Notes: generated by a model not told the origin, from the letters alone. DNA of 64,000 nucleotides from Escherichia coli (GCF_050920415.1 NZ_CP169309.1); one strand, 5' to 3'; counted from the first letter of the stretch, positions 34,949 through 45,037 are shown. Program-made: numbers and translations.

Positions 34949-36415
34949 ATGCTACGTATCGCTAAAGAAGCTCTGACGTTTGACGACGTTCTCCTCGTTC
35001 CTGCACATTCTACCGTTCTGCCGAATACCGCTGACCTCAGCACCCAGCTGACGAAAACTATTCGTCTGAATATCCCTATGCTCTCCGCAGCAATGGATAC
35101 CGTAACGGAAGCGCGCCTGGCTATCGCCCTGGCTCAGGAAGGCGGTATAGGCTTTATCCACAAAAACATGTCTATCGAGCGCCAGGCTGAAGAAGTTCGC
35201 CGTGTGAAAAAACACGAATCTGGCGTGGTAACCGATCCGCAGACCGTACTGCCAACCACGACGCTGCGCGAAGTGAAAGAGCTGACCGAGCGTAACGGTT
35301 TTGCAGGCTATCCGGTTGTGACCGAAGAAAACGAACTGGTCGGCATCATCACCGGTCGTGACGTGCGTTTTGTTACCGACCTGAACCAGCCGGTCAGCGT
35401 TTACATGACGCCGAAAGAGCGTCTGGTAACCGTGCGTGAAGGCGAAGCCCGTGAAGTTGTGCTGGCAAAAATGCACGAAAAACGCGTTGAAAAAGCGCTG
35501 GTGGTTGATGATGAATTCCACCTGATCGGCATGATCACTGTGAAGGACTTCCAGAAAGCGGAGCGTAAACCGAACGCCTGTAAAGACGAACAAGGCCGTC
35601 TGCGTGTAGGTGCAGCGGTTGGTGCAGGTGCGGGTAACGAAGAGCGTGTTGATGCGCTGGTTGCCGCAGGCGTTGACGTTCTGCTGATCGACTCCTCTCA
35701 CGGTCACTCTGAAGGTGTTCTGCAGCGTATCCGTGAAACTCGCGCTAAATATCCTGACCTGCAAATCATCGGCGGCAACGTGGCAACAGCAGCAGGTGCC
35801 CGCGCGCTGGCAGAAGCCGGTTGCAGTGCCGTTAAAGTGGGTATCGGCCCAGGTTCTATTTGTACTACCCGCATTGTTACTGGCGTCGGTGTACCGCAGA
35901 TCACTGCCGTTGCTGACGCAGTAGAAGCCCTGGAAGGCACCGGGATTCCGGTTATCGCTGACGGTGGTATTCGTTTCTCTGGCGATATCGCGAAAGCTAT
36001 CGCTGCTGGTGCAAGCGCGGTGATGGTAGGCTCCATGCTGGCAGGTACGGAAGAATCCCCAGGTGAAATCGAACTCTACCAGGGCCGTTCTTACAAGTCT
36101 TACCGTGGGATGGGCTCTCTGGGCGCGATGTCCAAAGGTTCTTCTGACCGTTACTTCCAGAGCGACAACGCTGCCGACAAACTGGTGCCGGAAGGTATCG
36201 AAGGTCGCGTAGCCTATAAAGGTCGCCTGAAAGAGATCATTCACCAGCAGATGGGCGGCCTGCGCTCCTGTATGGGCCTGACCGGCTGTGGTACTATCGA
36301 CGAACTGCGTACTAAAGCGGAGTTTGTACGTATCAGCGGTGCGGGCATTCAGGAAAGCCACGTTCACGACGTGACCATTACTAAAGAGTCCCCGAACTAC
36401 CGTCTGGGCTCCTGA
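34949..36415 (+). CDS. guaB: IMP dehydrogenase
   Basis: ORF 34880-36415; ATG at 34949 ([21 protein letters not shown]) gives 488 aa; CBS domains and catalytic [11 protein letters not shown] loop. Confidence 0.95.
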
Positions 36416-36483
36416 TTCTCTTCGCCCGACTTCATGTCGGGCGATTTATATTATCTGTTTCACTTGCCTCGGAATAAGCGTCA

Positions 36484-38061
36484 ATGACGGAAAACATTCA
36501 TAAGCATCGCATCCTCATTCTGGACTTCGGTTCTCAGTACACCCAACTGGTTGCGCGCCGCGTGCGTGAACTGGGTGTTTACTGCGAACTGTGGGCGTGG
36601 GATGTGACAGAAGCACAAATTCGTGACTTCAATCCAAGCGGCATTATTCTTTCCGGCGGCCCGGAAAGCACCACCGAAGAAAACAGCCCGCGTGCGCCAC
36701 AGTATGTCTTTGAAGCAGGCGTACCGGTATTCGGCGTTTGCTATGGTATGCAGACCATGGCAATGCAGTTGGGCGGTCATGTTGAAGCCTCTAACGAACG
36801 TGAATTTGGCTATGCGCAGGTTGAAGTCGTAAACGACAGCGCACTGGTTCGCGGTATCGAAGATGCGCTGACCGCAGACGGTAAACCACTTCTCGATGTC
36901 TGGATGAGCCACGGCGATAAAGTTACCGCTATCCCGTCCGACTTCATCACCGTAGCCAGCACCGAAAGCTGCCCGTTCGCCATCATGGCTAACGAAGAAA
37001 AACGCTTCTACGGCGTACAGTTCCACCCGGAAGTAACTCACACTCGCCAGGGTATGCGCATGCTGGAGCGTTTTGTGCGTGATATCTGCCAGTGTGAAGC
37101 CCTGTGGACGCCAGCGAAAATTATCGACGATGCCGTAGCCCGTATCCGCGAGCAGGTAGGCGACGATAAAGTGATCCTCGGCCTCTCTGGTGGCGTGGAT
37201 TCCTCCGTAACCGCAATGCTGCTGCACCGCGCAATCGGCAAAAACCTGACTTGCGTATTCGTCGACAACGGCCTGCTGCGTCTTAACGAAGCAGAGCAGG
37301 TTCTGGATATGTTTGGCGATCACTTCGGTCTGAACATTGTTCACGTTCCGGCAGAAGATCGCTTCTTGTCAGCGCTGGCTGGCGAAAACGATCCTGAAGC
37401 AAAACGTAAAATCATCGGTCGCGTTTTCGTCGAAGTATTCGATGAAGAAGCGCTGAAACTGGAAGATGTGAAGTGGCTGGCGCAGGGTACTATCTACCCT
37501 GATGTTATCGAATCTGCCGCGTCTGCAACCGGTAAAGCACACGTCATCAAATCTCACCACAACGTGGGCGGCCTGCCGAAAGAGATGAAGATGGGCCTGG
37601 TTGAACCGCTGAAAGAGCTGTTCAAAGACGAAGTGCGTAAGATTGGTCTGGAGCTGGGCCTGCCGTACGACATGCTCTACCGTCACCCGTTCCCGGGACC
37701 AGGCCTCGGCGTTCGTGTTCTGGGTGAAGTGAAGAAAGAGTACTGTGATCTGCTGCGCCGTGCTGACGCCATCTTTATTGAAGAACTGCGTAAAGCGGAC
37801 CTGTACGACAAAGTCAGCCAGGCGTTCACCGTCTTCCTGCCAGTACGTTCCGTTGGTGTAATGGGCGATGGCCGTAAGTATGACTGGGTTGTCTCTCTGC
37901 GTGCTGTCGAAACTATCGACTTTATGACCGCACACTGGGCGCATCTGCCGTACGATTTCCTCGGTCGCGTTTCCAACCGCATTATCAATGAAGTGAACGG
38001 TATTTCCCGCGTGGTGTATGACATCAGCGGCAAGCCGCCGGCGACTATTGAGTGGGAATGA
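36484..38061 (+). CDS. guaA: GMP synthase (glutamine-hydrolysing)
   Basis: 525 aa; GATase domain (GVCYGMQ) and PP-loop SGGVDSS. Confidence 0.95.
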
Positions 38062-38109
38062 TTAACAGCTAACTCATAGCAAATCATTCCTATTCAGATG
38101 TCAACTCAA

Positions 38110-38140
38110 CCCTCTGTTTTTGCAGAGGGTTTTTGTTTTT
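38110..38140 (+). terminator. guaA rho-independent terminator (ccctctg-tttttg-cagaggg then T-run)
   Basis: Perfect 7-bp stem followed by tttttgttttt, about 50 bp after the guaA stop. Confidence 0.7.
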
Positions 38141-38196
38141 ATGTATTCATTTCTATTCACTCTACACCATATTTTTCGGCGGTACAGGTGACGGTA

Positions 38197-38211
38197 TTAC
38201 CTTAAAGGTAT
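38197..38211. promoter_or_regulatory. Palindromic operator-like site TTACCTTAAAGGTAT upstream of integrase
   Basis: Member of the TTACCT-N3-AGGTAA family, 1 mismatch. Confidence 0.45.
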
Positions 38212-38253
38212 ACTCTCATACCGTCATGAAAATGGTTTCTATACGGGTGAATT

Positions 38254-39504
38254 GTGCTTACCGATACAAAATTAAAAAACCTCAAGCCGCAGGACAAACT
38301 GTACAAGGTCTCCGATCGTGACGGGCTGTATGTAGCTGTGCTTACGTCAGGCACGGTCTCGTTTCGCTATGACTACCGTATCAACGGTCGCCGCGAAACA
38401 CTGGTAATCGGGCAGTATGGGCGTGACGGTATCAGCCTGGCAGAAGCGCGAGAAGAACTGATTGCTGCAAAGAAGCTGCTTAAAGCAGGCCAGTCGCCGG
38501 CTGCGGCTAAACGTGACGGTATCAAAAAGATTCGTGGTGCCGAGACGTTTGCGGTACATACCGACAGTTATATGAAACACGTCATCCTGGCTGACAGTAC
38601 CCGCGCAATGAAGCAGGCGGTGATCGACCGTGACATACTTCCGGTTCTTGGCAACAAAATGATGGCTGAAATTACCACATCGATGGTTCGTGATTTGTGT
38701 GACCGGATTGTCGAACGCGGTGGTCGGGCAACAGCAGTACAGGCCAGGGAGATCATCAGCAGCGTATACCGTCACGCCAATGACCGTGGTCATGGTTTGT
38801 TTAATCCTGCGGCTGACATTAAACCTTCGTCTATCGCCATATTTAAACCACGAGAGCGAACACTGACACCAGAAGAAATTGGCCTGTTCTTCCGCACGCT
38901 GGATGCCATTGGTGCTATGGGCACTATGAAAATGGCTTTAAAGCTGGTGCTTATCACTATGGTTCGTAAAGGCGAATTCACCAATGCAACGTGGGATGAA
39001 ATAGATTTTAAAAAATGGACATGGACAATTCCTTCAGACCGCATGAAGGGAAGCCGGGCGCACGTTATTTACCTGCCTAAACAGGCACAGGATATATTGG
39101 TTGGGTTGCAGATGTGCGCTGGTGGAAGTGAATATCTGGTTCCTGGTCGTTACAATTTCCGGAAGCCATTATCTAATGCCGCGCTGAACTCTCTGATCGA
39201 CAGAACGGTGAAAATAATAAATGAAGATGGTGAGCATATTCAGGGCTTCACCGTACACGATATGCGCCGTACAGCCAGTACGTTGTTGCATGAGGCTGGT
39301 TATCCTTCAGACTGGATTGAAAAGGCTCTGGCACATGAGCAGAAAGGTGTGCGCGCCGTATATAACAAAGCGGAATACGCCAGACAGCGCGCCTACATGT
39401 TGCAGCAGTGGGCCGATATGATTGATTCCTGGATTAACGGGGAGCATACGGATCTGATTCCGTTCTCCCCGTCGAAGTTTGAGAAGTGGATGGCGGGGGA
39501 ATAA
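38254..39504 (+). CDS. int: Tyrosine integrase (P4-type, N-terminal arm-binding domain)
   Basis: 416 aa, GTG start; N-terminal DUF4102-like region and C-terminal catalytic region (HDMRRTASTLL...ALAHE...Y). Confidence 0.85.
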   Translation: MLTDTKLKNLKPQDKLYKVSDRDGLYVAVLTSGTVSFRYDYRINGRRETLVIGQYGRDGISLAEAREELIAAKKLLKAGQSPAAAKRDGIKKIRGAETFAVHTDSYMKHVILADSTRAMKQAVIDRDILPVLGNKMMAEITTSMVRDLCDRIVERGGRATAVQAREIISSVYRHANDRGHGLFNPAADIKPSSIAIFKPRERTLTPEEIGLFFRTLDAIGAMGTMKMALKLVLITMVRKGEFTNATWDEIDFKKWTWTIPSDRMKGSRAHVIYLPKQAQDILVGLQMCAGGSEYLVPGRYNFRKPLSNAALNSLIDRTVKIINEDGEHIQGFTVHDMRRTASTLLHEAGYPSDWIEKALAHEQKGVRAVYNKAEYARQRAYMLQQWADMIDSWINGEHTDLIPFSPSKFEKWMAGE

Positions 39505-39507
39505 CGT

Positions 39508-39702
39508 TTAATAGTTCTGCTGATTTTCTTCCATCTCTGCTTCTGCTGCCAGTGATTCAATTTTGTTTTCGAATATTGCTGACAGTGTTGCAAATTCAGC
39601 ATCAGTGACGGCGGGAATTGGAACAAACCTGATCCCGCTGTGTGCAAGCATGTTTGCAGTTTCAAGGCATTTTCTTAAATCTGCTGGTGATGCCCTGTTC
39701 AT
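39508..39702 (-). CDS. Small hypothetical protein (64 aa), start overlaps the methyltransferase stop (ATGA)
   Basis: Sub-frame of ORF 39508-39822 beginning MNRASPADLRK; ATGA overlap with upstream gene suggests translational coupling. Confidence 0.3.
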   Translation of the reverse strand: MNRASPADLRKCLETANMLAHSGIRFVPIPAVTDAEFATLSAIFENKIESLAAEAEMEENQQNY

Positions 39703-40349
39703 GCAGCACGCTCCCGCCCCTGGTTGTCTGTTGGTGACAGCGGAGAATTGCTGAATGCATTTGTTAATCCGCCAATATCCAACGCGTATCCAGGGTGTAG
39801 TTGCACTGCCGGGTCTTCGCACTGATTACCCCAAACATCGAAGCCATGAGACGACTGGCGGGCGAATAGTTCAATGCGAGAAACATCGCCTAACAATTGC
39901 ACAAGTTTTTCACGAACGACATCTGGTTTTCTTGAGTGCTCAAGCCGCGGTGCGGTAAATGACTGAACGATCCCTGCATTAATGCGCGGAGGTAGTTTTC
40001 CCTTTACCGCAAACAGGCAATCTTCACTATTGGCGCGAGTCATGTGTCCCATACCCATAACAAGTTTATCTGGTTGTCGACTACCACATTTTATCCACGT
40101 GAAGCCCTTCATCGTCATCAGACGGAATCCCCAGGCTTCAACAACTTTTAGTGCTTCGAGTGGTTGTGTTGGCACCCACCACATGGCCAACAGACAGTTT
40201 TCATCGGCCAAATCCCACACAGGAAGGCGGCAGATATCCAGCACACTCATAACCGGATATTTAAAACCGGCACCGCGATTACCATCTGCGGCTTTGTCCC
40301 GGTATACCCAGGGTGGATCTGCATAGATTAGTGTGTATTTCTTAGTCAT
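39699..40349 (-). CDS. MT-A70 family DNA N6-adenine methyltransferase (orphan, no cognate nuclease seen)
   Basis: ORF 39699-40361; ATG at 40349 (MTKKYTLIYADPPW); DPPW catalytic motif. Confidence 0.7.
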   Translation of the reverse strand: MTKKYTLIYADPPWVYRDKAADGNRGAGFKYPVMSVLDICRLPVWDLADENCLLAMWWVPTQPLEALKVVEAWGFRLMTMKGFTWIKCGSRQPDKLVMGMGHMTRANSEDCLFAVKGKLPPRINAGIVQSFTAPRLEHSRKPDVVREKLVQLLGDVSRIELFARQSSHGFDVWGNQCEDPAVQLHPGYALDIGGLTNAFSNSPLSPTDNQGRERAA

Positions 40350-40641
40350 AAACCACCCCACAACATCCTATGCCGCTATAGTCGCCACGGCGAAGGCCGT
40401 TACCTTTTGTGATACATTGGTCCCTGCGAACCGCGATCCTTGCACGTTCAACATCACCAGAAGCAACATCCATACACTGAAGCCAAAGGTGGGCGGCAAT
40501 GCGGAACTGCCCTTTTTTCTCTCTTTCAATCGCGCGTTTTTCGATCTCTATCGCCGCAGGAGTAACGGCGACAATCTTTGACGGACTGCGCATTGAAACC
40601 TTGTTCATGTGATATTTTTCAAGTCGGCTTAACTTTCTCAC
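40342..40641 (-). CDS. PerC-family transcriptional regulator-like protein
   Basis: 99 aa; pattern ...IEREKKGQFRIAAHLWLQCMD...ERARIAVRRDQC resembles the PerC/Pch signature as I recall it. Confidence 0.45.
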   Translation of the reverse strand: MRKLSRLEKYHMNKVSMRSPSKIVAVTPAAIEIEKRAIEREKKGQFRIAAHLWLQCMDVASGDVERARIAVRRDQCITKGNGLRRGDYSGIGCCGVVYD

Positions 40642-40750
40642 TTAATCCAACCCTCTCTGAAAATTAATGCCAGCAGATAAAGCCATGCTGAAACAGAGGC
40701 CAGGAATAAGTACCATCCTGACCATTTGCTCCAGTGCCTTAGCAGCGCAC

Positions 40751-40999
40751 TCATGCAGCGTTGCTCACGGGACGATATACACGTTGCTGAACAGGAGGTT
40801 TTTTACCCTGGAACTCTGCCGGGCTTGCTGCCTGACGTTCATCAAGCCAACGCTCAACTTCGTCACGGTTCCATGCGCAGCGTTTGTCAGTGATATACCA
40901 GCGTTTAGGAAATTCCCCTGCGCGCTCCATACGGTCGATAGTGCTCCATGACAGTGGCACCACCGCCAGGAGTTCCTTCTTACCTAATGCACCTTTCAT
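40751..40999 (-). CDS. AlpA-family phage transcriptional regulator / excisionase-like HTH protein
   Basis: 82 aa; HTH with ...LSWSTIDRMERAGEFPKR...WNRDEVERWL typical of AlpA/Xis. Confidence 0.7.
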   Translation of the reverse strand: MKGALGKKELLAVVPLSWSTIDRMERAGEFPKRWYITDKRCAWNRDEVERWLDERQAASPAEFQGKKPPVQQRVYRPVSNAA

Positions 41000-41048
41000 A
41001 AATACCTCTCTTGGTTGCAGTGCGGCGCGTGTGGCGCCGCGGTGGTGG

Positions 41049-41930
41049 TTACATAGATGTTTCGTTTAATTCTTCCCGACGAACGCTGTAAACGTCGGTG
41101 GCTTTTGCCAGCAGTTCGTCATCATCTGAAAGTTTTTGTGCAATGTATTTGTAAGCCTTATCCAGTTCGGAGACAGTGCTGTAATTCATCGCTGCGCTGG
41201 TAAAGGCCATCAGCATTTCTTCTGGATCACGGCTATCCGCTTTACGAGTTTGCTCATCAGGCTTTTTCACTGGTTTAGCGTTGATCAGACTGTTCATTCC
41301 CGCAGCAGTAGTTGTTTGCGGAGTAATGTCTCGCTCAACGCGCGGTGCCGTTTCCTGTAATTCGTCAGGGGTGTAAACACCGAGAAGCACATCAGGAGCG
41401 TGCAGGCGAGCCCATCGTTTCGTGCAAAGATAGGCAAGCTGCTGGCGCGGATCCTGTTCCCACAATGGAGAGTTACGCACTCCGGCTTGCGCCATACTGA
41501 TGGTAAGCTCACGGGGTTCTGCTTCTCCTTTAAGAACTGCTGACACAGTTACCGTCAGATTCGGTGATTTATCTGTTTTGCCGTTAACATTCGACCAGTC
41601 ACCGCTCCAGCGATAATTCAGGCGTGTCGCTAGCAGGCTGGAAGAGGATACGACCGCGTTTACCAACTGTGCTTCGTAGCCTAACGTTCCGTTTACCACA
41701 TGCGTTTTCTGCGCCACGGCGAAAGGGTTCATTCCCCACTGTGCCGCCTGCATGGTCACCGCCAGACAATCGGCAGTTTTGCCTTCAAGATGTTTCGGTA
41801 CAGTCGCTTTGCTTTGTGACATCAACTCCGCGAAACGCACCAGTTGATTCATGCCCTCCGGGCTGAAGATTGCCGCAGCAGTACCTACAGTTGCGCCTGG
41901 TTGTGATGTGATTGCGATATCATTGCTCAT
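41049..41930 (-). CDS. RecT-family single-strand annealing recombinase
   Basis: 293 aa; RecT-like core; directly downstream of and overlapping a PD-(D/E)XK exonuclease gene. Confidence 0.75.
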   Translation of the reverse strand: MSNDIAITSQPGATVGTAAAIFSPEGMNQLVRFAELMSQSKATVPKHLEGKTADCLAVTMQAAQWGMNPFAVAQKTHVVNGTLGYEAQLVNAVVSSSSLLATRLNYRWSGDWSNVNGKTDKSPNLTVTVSAVLKGEAEPRELTISMAQAGVRNSPLWEQDPRQQLAYLCTKRWARLHAPDVLLGVYTPDELQETAPRVERDITPQTTTAAGMNSLINAKPVKKPDEQTRKADSRDPEEMLMAFTSAAMNYSTVSELDKAYKYIAQKLSDDDELLAKATDVYSVRREELNETSM

Positions 41931-42748
41931 ACGTACATATCCTGTTTACGTGCCCAGTCAGGGCGTTTAATAATTTCCACGCCGCCCCATTCATCATTGA
42001 TGCGGCATTCGTGATAGGTATTCAGATCCCGGCGGAACAGAGCGTGCCCGGCATCGACATCCGGCGCATCCAGCTCGAACACGCGTACCGGATACCGACC
42101 ACAATCAATGCTTTCGCTCACGGCAAGAAAGAAAAAACCATGCGACTGACCAGTAACCCTCATTGCGCCTTCGCGGTACATTGCGTCCTGCACGTGGTAG
42201 CGGAATTCCTCGATGTGGCGTGCAAAACGATCCATATCTGCAACCTTTTTCACGTCGACGATCACGTTGTGCTCGTTCAGCCATTTGTCTGGACGAATGC
42301 GGCACAACTCACCAGTCTCTTCATCATTCCAGTACATTGATGCTTCGCAGTAACCAGGTGCTTCCAGCATCCAGCGTGCCGCCGGGTGAGCCATTGCGCT
42401 ATCACGCATCAGCTCCAGTTTCCGCCACTGCTCGGCATCAAGTACCGTAATCCCCATATCCGCTACATCACGAAGAAATGCTTCTTCGTCAGCTTTACCT
42501 TGTTTCGTCCGACGATCGAACTTCGGTGAAACAATGAAGCGTTTGTCGAATTCTCCAGGCTCCAGAAGCAGAGAGTGCAATGCGGTTCCCATATCCAGTG
42601 CAGACTTTTTCTCTTCGTCTTCTGGTGCTGCCTGAACCCATTTAAGAAGCGCCGGATTCTTGGCAACCATGTCCAGTTGCGACTTACTCACGCCGTCACC
42701 GGCGTGGTAGTCTTCGTTGCTGATGTCGAAATAAATTCCCGGTTTCAT
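41927..42748 (-). CDS. PD-(D/E)XK-type exonuclease (RecE/YqaJ-like partner of RecT)
   Basis: 273 aa; motifs D..EYH, IVDVKK consistent with PD-(D/E)XK nuclease fold; 4-bp overlap with recT. Confidence 0.65.
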   Translation of the reverse strand: MKPGIYFDISNEDYHAGDGVSKSQLDMVAKNPALLKWVQAAPEDEEKKSALDMGTALHSLLLEPGEFDKRFIVSPKFDRRTKQGKADEEAFLRDVADMGITVLDAEQWRKLELMRDSAMAHPAARWMLEAPGYCEASMYWNDEETGELCRIRPDKWLNEHNVIVDVKKVADMDRFARHIEEFRYHVQDAMYREGAMRVTGQSHGFFFLAVSESIDCGRYPVRVFELDAPDVDAGHALFRRDLNTYHECRINDEWGGVEIIKRPDWARKQDMYV

Positions 42749-43050
42749 GCCGCTTCCCTCTGCCCATCAATCCGATCCGCCAGATCCCAGCGGGCGATAA
42801 TTGCCATTGCCTCGCGACGGTAGGCATCCATAAGTTCTTCGAACTCAGGGCTGTCTTTAGCTGCCTCCAGCACTTCCTGGCGAACGCCTTTGCCTGTTAC
42901 ACCGTCAAAAGTTGAGGCCAGTTGATGAAGCCGGATGCTATCAATCAGTTCAACTTGTCGGTCATATAGCTGTTCTGACAGGCGGTAGTCCTTGTCGAAT
43001 GCCAGCATGATTTTTTGAAGATTTTTCTGCTGATTAACGTTCATACCCAC
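42745..43050 (-). CDS. Hypothetical phage protein (101 aa)
   Basis: ORF with overlapping stop/start junctions inside the leftward early operon. Confidence 0.5.
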   Translation of the reverse strand: MGMNVNQQKNLQKIMLAFDKDYRLSEQLYDRQVELIDSIRLHQLASTFDGVTGKGVRQEVLEAAKDSPEFEELMDAYRREAMAIIARWDLADRIDGQREAA

Positions 43051-43051
43051 C

Positions 43052-44086
43052 TCAATATTTGATATACGCGTCCTGCACTTTGCCGCCAGCGATAGCCAAC
43101 ATTGCTTTCTGCGCGAATTCTTCGGGAATGCCTTGGGCTATCAGATCTGCGATTACTCTGCTGTTAACGGTACGGCGATGCTCTTTATCTGCAGCTCGGC
43201 GCGATTCTTCGTCGGCGATACGCTTCTGTTCGTCAAGGCGGGCTTTTTCTGCCGCCTCTTGGCGTCGGCGTTCCTCGGCAACGGCTTCTTCTTTTTCGCG
43301 TCGTGCACGCTGCTCTGCTTCAATTCGCTGACGTTCTGCTACTTCAGCACGTGCTTTTTCTTCCGCCGCCAGGCGTTCCGCAGCCTCAATTTCAGCTTTC
43401 GCTTTTTGTTCAGCTTCGAGCCTGGCCTGTTCAGCAGCTTCCCGGCGGATATTCTCTTCTCGCTCAATGCGCGCTTTTTCCTCCGCTTCTTTGCGAAGTC
43501 GCTCCAGCTCAGCGGCTTCATGCTCGCGTTTTTGAGCTACTGCGAGTGATTCTTCCAGTTTCTGGATGGTTGAATCCTTGGCTACTCCAGCTTCTGCTGC
43601 GTACTCCTGCCAACTTTCATCAAGTGCTACTGATTTAGCCTCTTGAATTCGTTCCTGAATATCAGATGATGGCAAGTAGTTTCCGGAGAGATCGATCACG
43701 TCAGCTAGTGCTCGCAAATTTGTCAGGCGTTGTTGCAGTGCTTCAGTGCGTAATTTCTCCGCATTTTCCCACTCGGTGAGTGGGCGGCGTACTTCATCAC
43801 GAAGCCGATCGCATTCGGTTACGAAGCGTCGTAACTCTGCTTCAACTACTTTCGGCTGTTCTTTCAGGCGTTTCAGATAATCACGTCCTGGTTTTTCTAC
43901 CGCTGTTTTACTTCTTGAAACCTTCGCAGCCAGAGATGCAATGCGCTTTCTGCCTTTGTCTGTGCTAATGTCAGGCACTTCATTAACACCTTCACGGATC
44001 TGCTCGAGAAACTTTTCCAGCCCTTTTTCAACGTAAATTCTTGGTGCCATGTCTGGTGTGATTTCGATGATTGATAATTCACTCAT
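43052..44086 (-). CDS. Hypothetical coiled-coil protein with E/R/A-rich low-complexity repeat region
   Basis: 344 aa; residues ~190-300 are almost pure E/A/R/K heptad-like repeats. Confidence 0.55.
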   Translation of the reverse strand: MSELSIIEITPDMAPRIYVEKGLEKFLEQIREGVNEVPDISTDKGRKRIASLAAKVSRSKTAVEKPGRDYLKRLKEQPKVVEAELRRFVTECDRLRDEVRRPLTEWENAEKLRTEALQQRLTNLRALADVIDLSGNYLPSSDIQERIQEAKSVALDESWQEYAAEAGVAKDSTIQKLEESLAVAQKREHEAAELERLRKEAEEKARIEREENIRREAAEQARLEAEQKAKAEIEAAERLAAEEKARAEVAERQRIEAEQRARREKEEAVAEERRRQEAAEKARLDEQKRIADEESRRAADKEHRRTVNSRVIADLIAQGIPEEFAQKAMLAIAGGKVQDAYIKY

Positions 44087-44244
44087 TTGCTAACCTCCTC
44101 CCATATCTCGTTATCGTTGGCCACATCGCGAGCTTCTTTGCTGACGAAAGCCCACTTAATGCCTTCCTGTAAGGTGCGGAACTTCCAGCTCATGAATCCG
44201 CATGCAGTAACGCAGTACCAACCGTTGATGATTTTCCACTGCAT
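44083..44244 (-). CDS. Small hypothetical protein (53 aa), first gene of leftward early operon
   Basis: Not in ORF track (below 60 aa); MQWKIINGWYCVTACGFMSWKFRTLQEGIKWAFVSKEARDVANDNEIWEEVSK; stop overlaps next start. Confidence 0.3.
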   Translation of the reverse strand: MQWKIINGWYCVTACGFMSWKFRTLQEGIKWAFVSKEARDVANDNEIWEEVSK

Positions 44245-44325
44245 AACTTGTTACCTCGGTCTGTTACCGTTGAGGTAATAATTATGCGTATCTGGTTTGA
44301 TGTCAATAGATATGAGTTAAAAAAA

Positions 44326-44340
44326 TTACCCGTTAGGTAA
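44326..44340. promoter_or_regulatory. Palindromic operator-like site TTACCCGTTAGGTAA at the leftward early promoter
   Basis: TTACCT-N3-AGGTAA family, 1 mismatch; lies between the repressor terminator and the first leftward early gene. Confidence 0.45.
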
Positions 44341-44350
44341 TCGAATAGGC

Positions 44351-44377
44351 AATAAAAAAGCCGCCATAAGGCGGCTT
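44351..44377 (-). terminator. Rho-independent terminator of the repressor gene (hairpin aagccgcc-ataa-ggcggctt, T-run on minus strand)
   Basis: Read directly; U-tract present only in the minus-strand orientation. Confidence 0.6.
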
Positions 44378-44397
44378 ACTTACTGAAAAATATGATT

Positions 44398-44982
44398 TTA
44401 TTGTTTGTTTTTTTCGTTCTGGTTGATGACAAATTCAATGTAACTTTCGATCTTTGCCTTCTCTGTTTCAGGTAACAATGCGTAGCGCGAGCGGTCATAG
44501 TTGATAGTTGCAGGGTCATGCGGATGAATCAGTAGTTCATATCCGTGACGCCCGAATGCAGATGCAACATTCTCCAGGGTGGAAATGGAAACGCTGACCT
44601 CATTGTTTAACAGGCGGCTGATTGTCACCTGGGCGACGCCGGATGCGCGGTGAAGTTTTCCCTGTGTTGAAAGGTCGCGGCTTTCGCTCATCCAGCGTTC
44701 CAGGTTGTGAGCCGCCAGCTGACCAATGTCGCTTGGGCCGACAGGCTGAAAACCTTCCTGAGAAAGCGAGCGATCGATATCAAGCCAGTTACGGGGTTTA
44801 TTGGCGGCAGCTTCAATTTTTCGCGCAACCTGGTCGCCGATAACCTTCTTGCCAAGAGCCCAGCGGTTTACCAGATTTGCCTGAGTTCCAAGTTTTTCTG
44901 CCATCCGCGTCTGAACACCATTGAATTCACGGTCGATCAAGTCGTTGAGATTTTGCCTGCGGACGTCCTGGATACTTTTCAT
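44398..44982 (-). CDS. Phage CI-like repressor (HTH, Phage_CI_repr-type)
   Basis: 194 aa; N-terminal HTH (QTRMAEKLGTQANLVNRWALGKK) and second HTH-like segment; divergent from a Cro-like gene across an operator-rich spacer. Confidence 0.55.
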   Translation of the reverse strand: MKSIQDVRRQNLNDLIDREFNGVQTRMAEKLGTQANLVNRWALGKKVIGDQVARKIEAAANKPRNWLDIDRSLSQEGFQPVGPSDIGQLAAHNLERWMSESRDLSTQGKLHRASGVAQVTISRLLNNEVSVSISTLENVASAFGRHGYELLIHPHDPATINYDRSRYALLPETEKAKIESYIEFVINQNEKNKQ

Positions 44983-45037
44983 TTTCTGGAAAATCGCCTC
45001 ATATATGAATCAGTAGATGATTCAATTTAAAGCAATA

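Noticed and set aside
34952-36367. 471-aa ORF on the minus strand
   Set aside because: Antisense to guaB, whose identity is unambiguous; a long antisense frame is a common artefact of GC-rich codon usage.
36481-37944. Two long minus-strand ORFs (36481-37344, 37369-37944)
   Set aside because: Antisense to guaA; no motifs.
38062-38253. tRNA or tmRNA as the phage attachment target downstream of guaA
   Set aside because: No cloverleaf could be folded in this segment; only the guaA terminator hairpin is present. The att core is therefore presumed to lie at the 3' end or terminator of guaA, but cannot be delimited without the right prophage end.
43133-43638. Plus-strand ORFs (43133-43549, 43303-43638)
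   Set aside because: Mirror frames of the E/A/R-rich coiled-coil gene on the minus strand; low-complexity artefacts.
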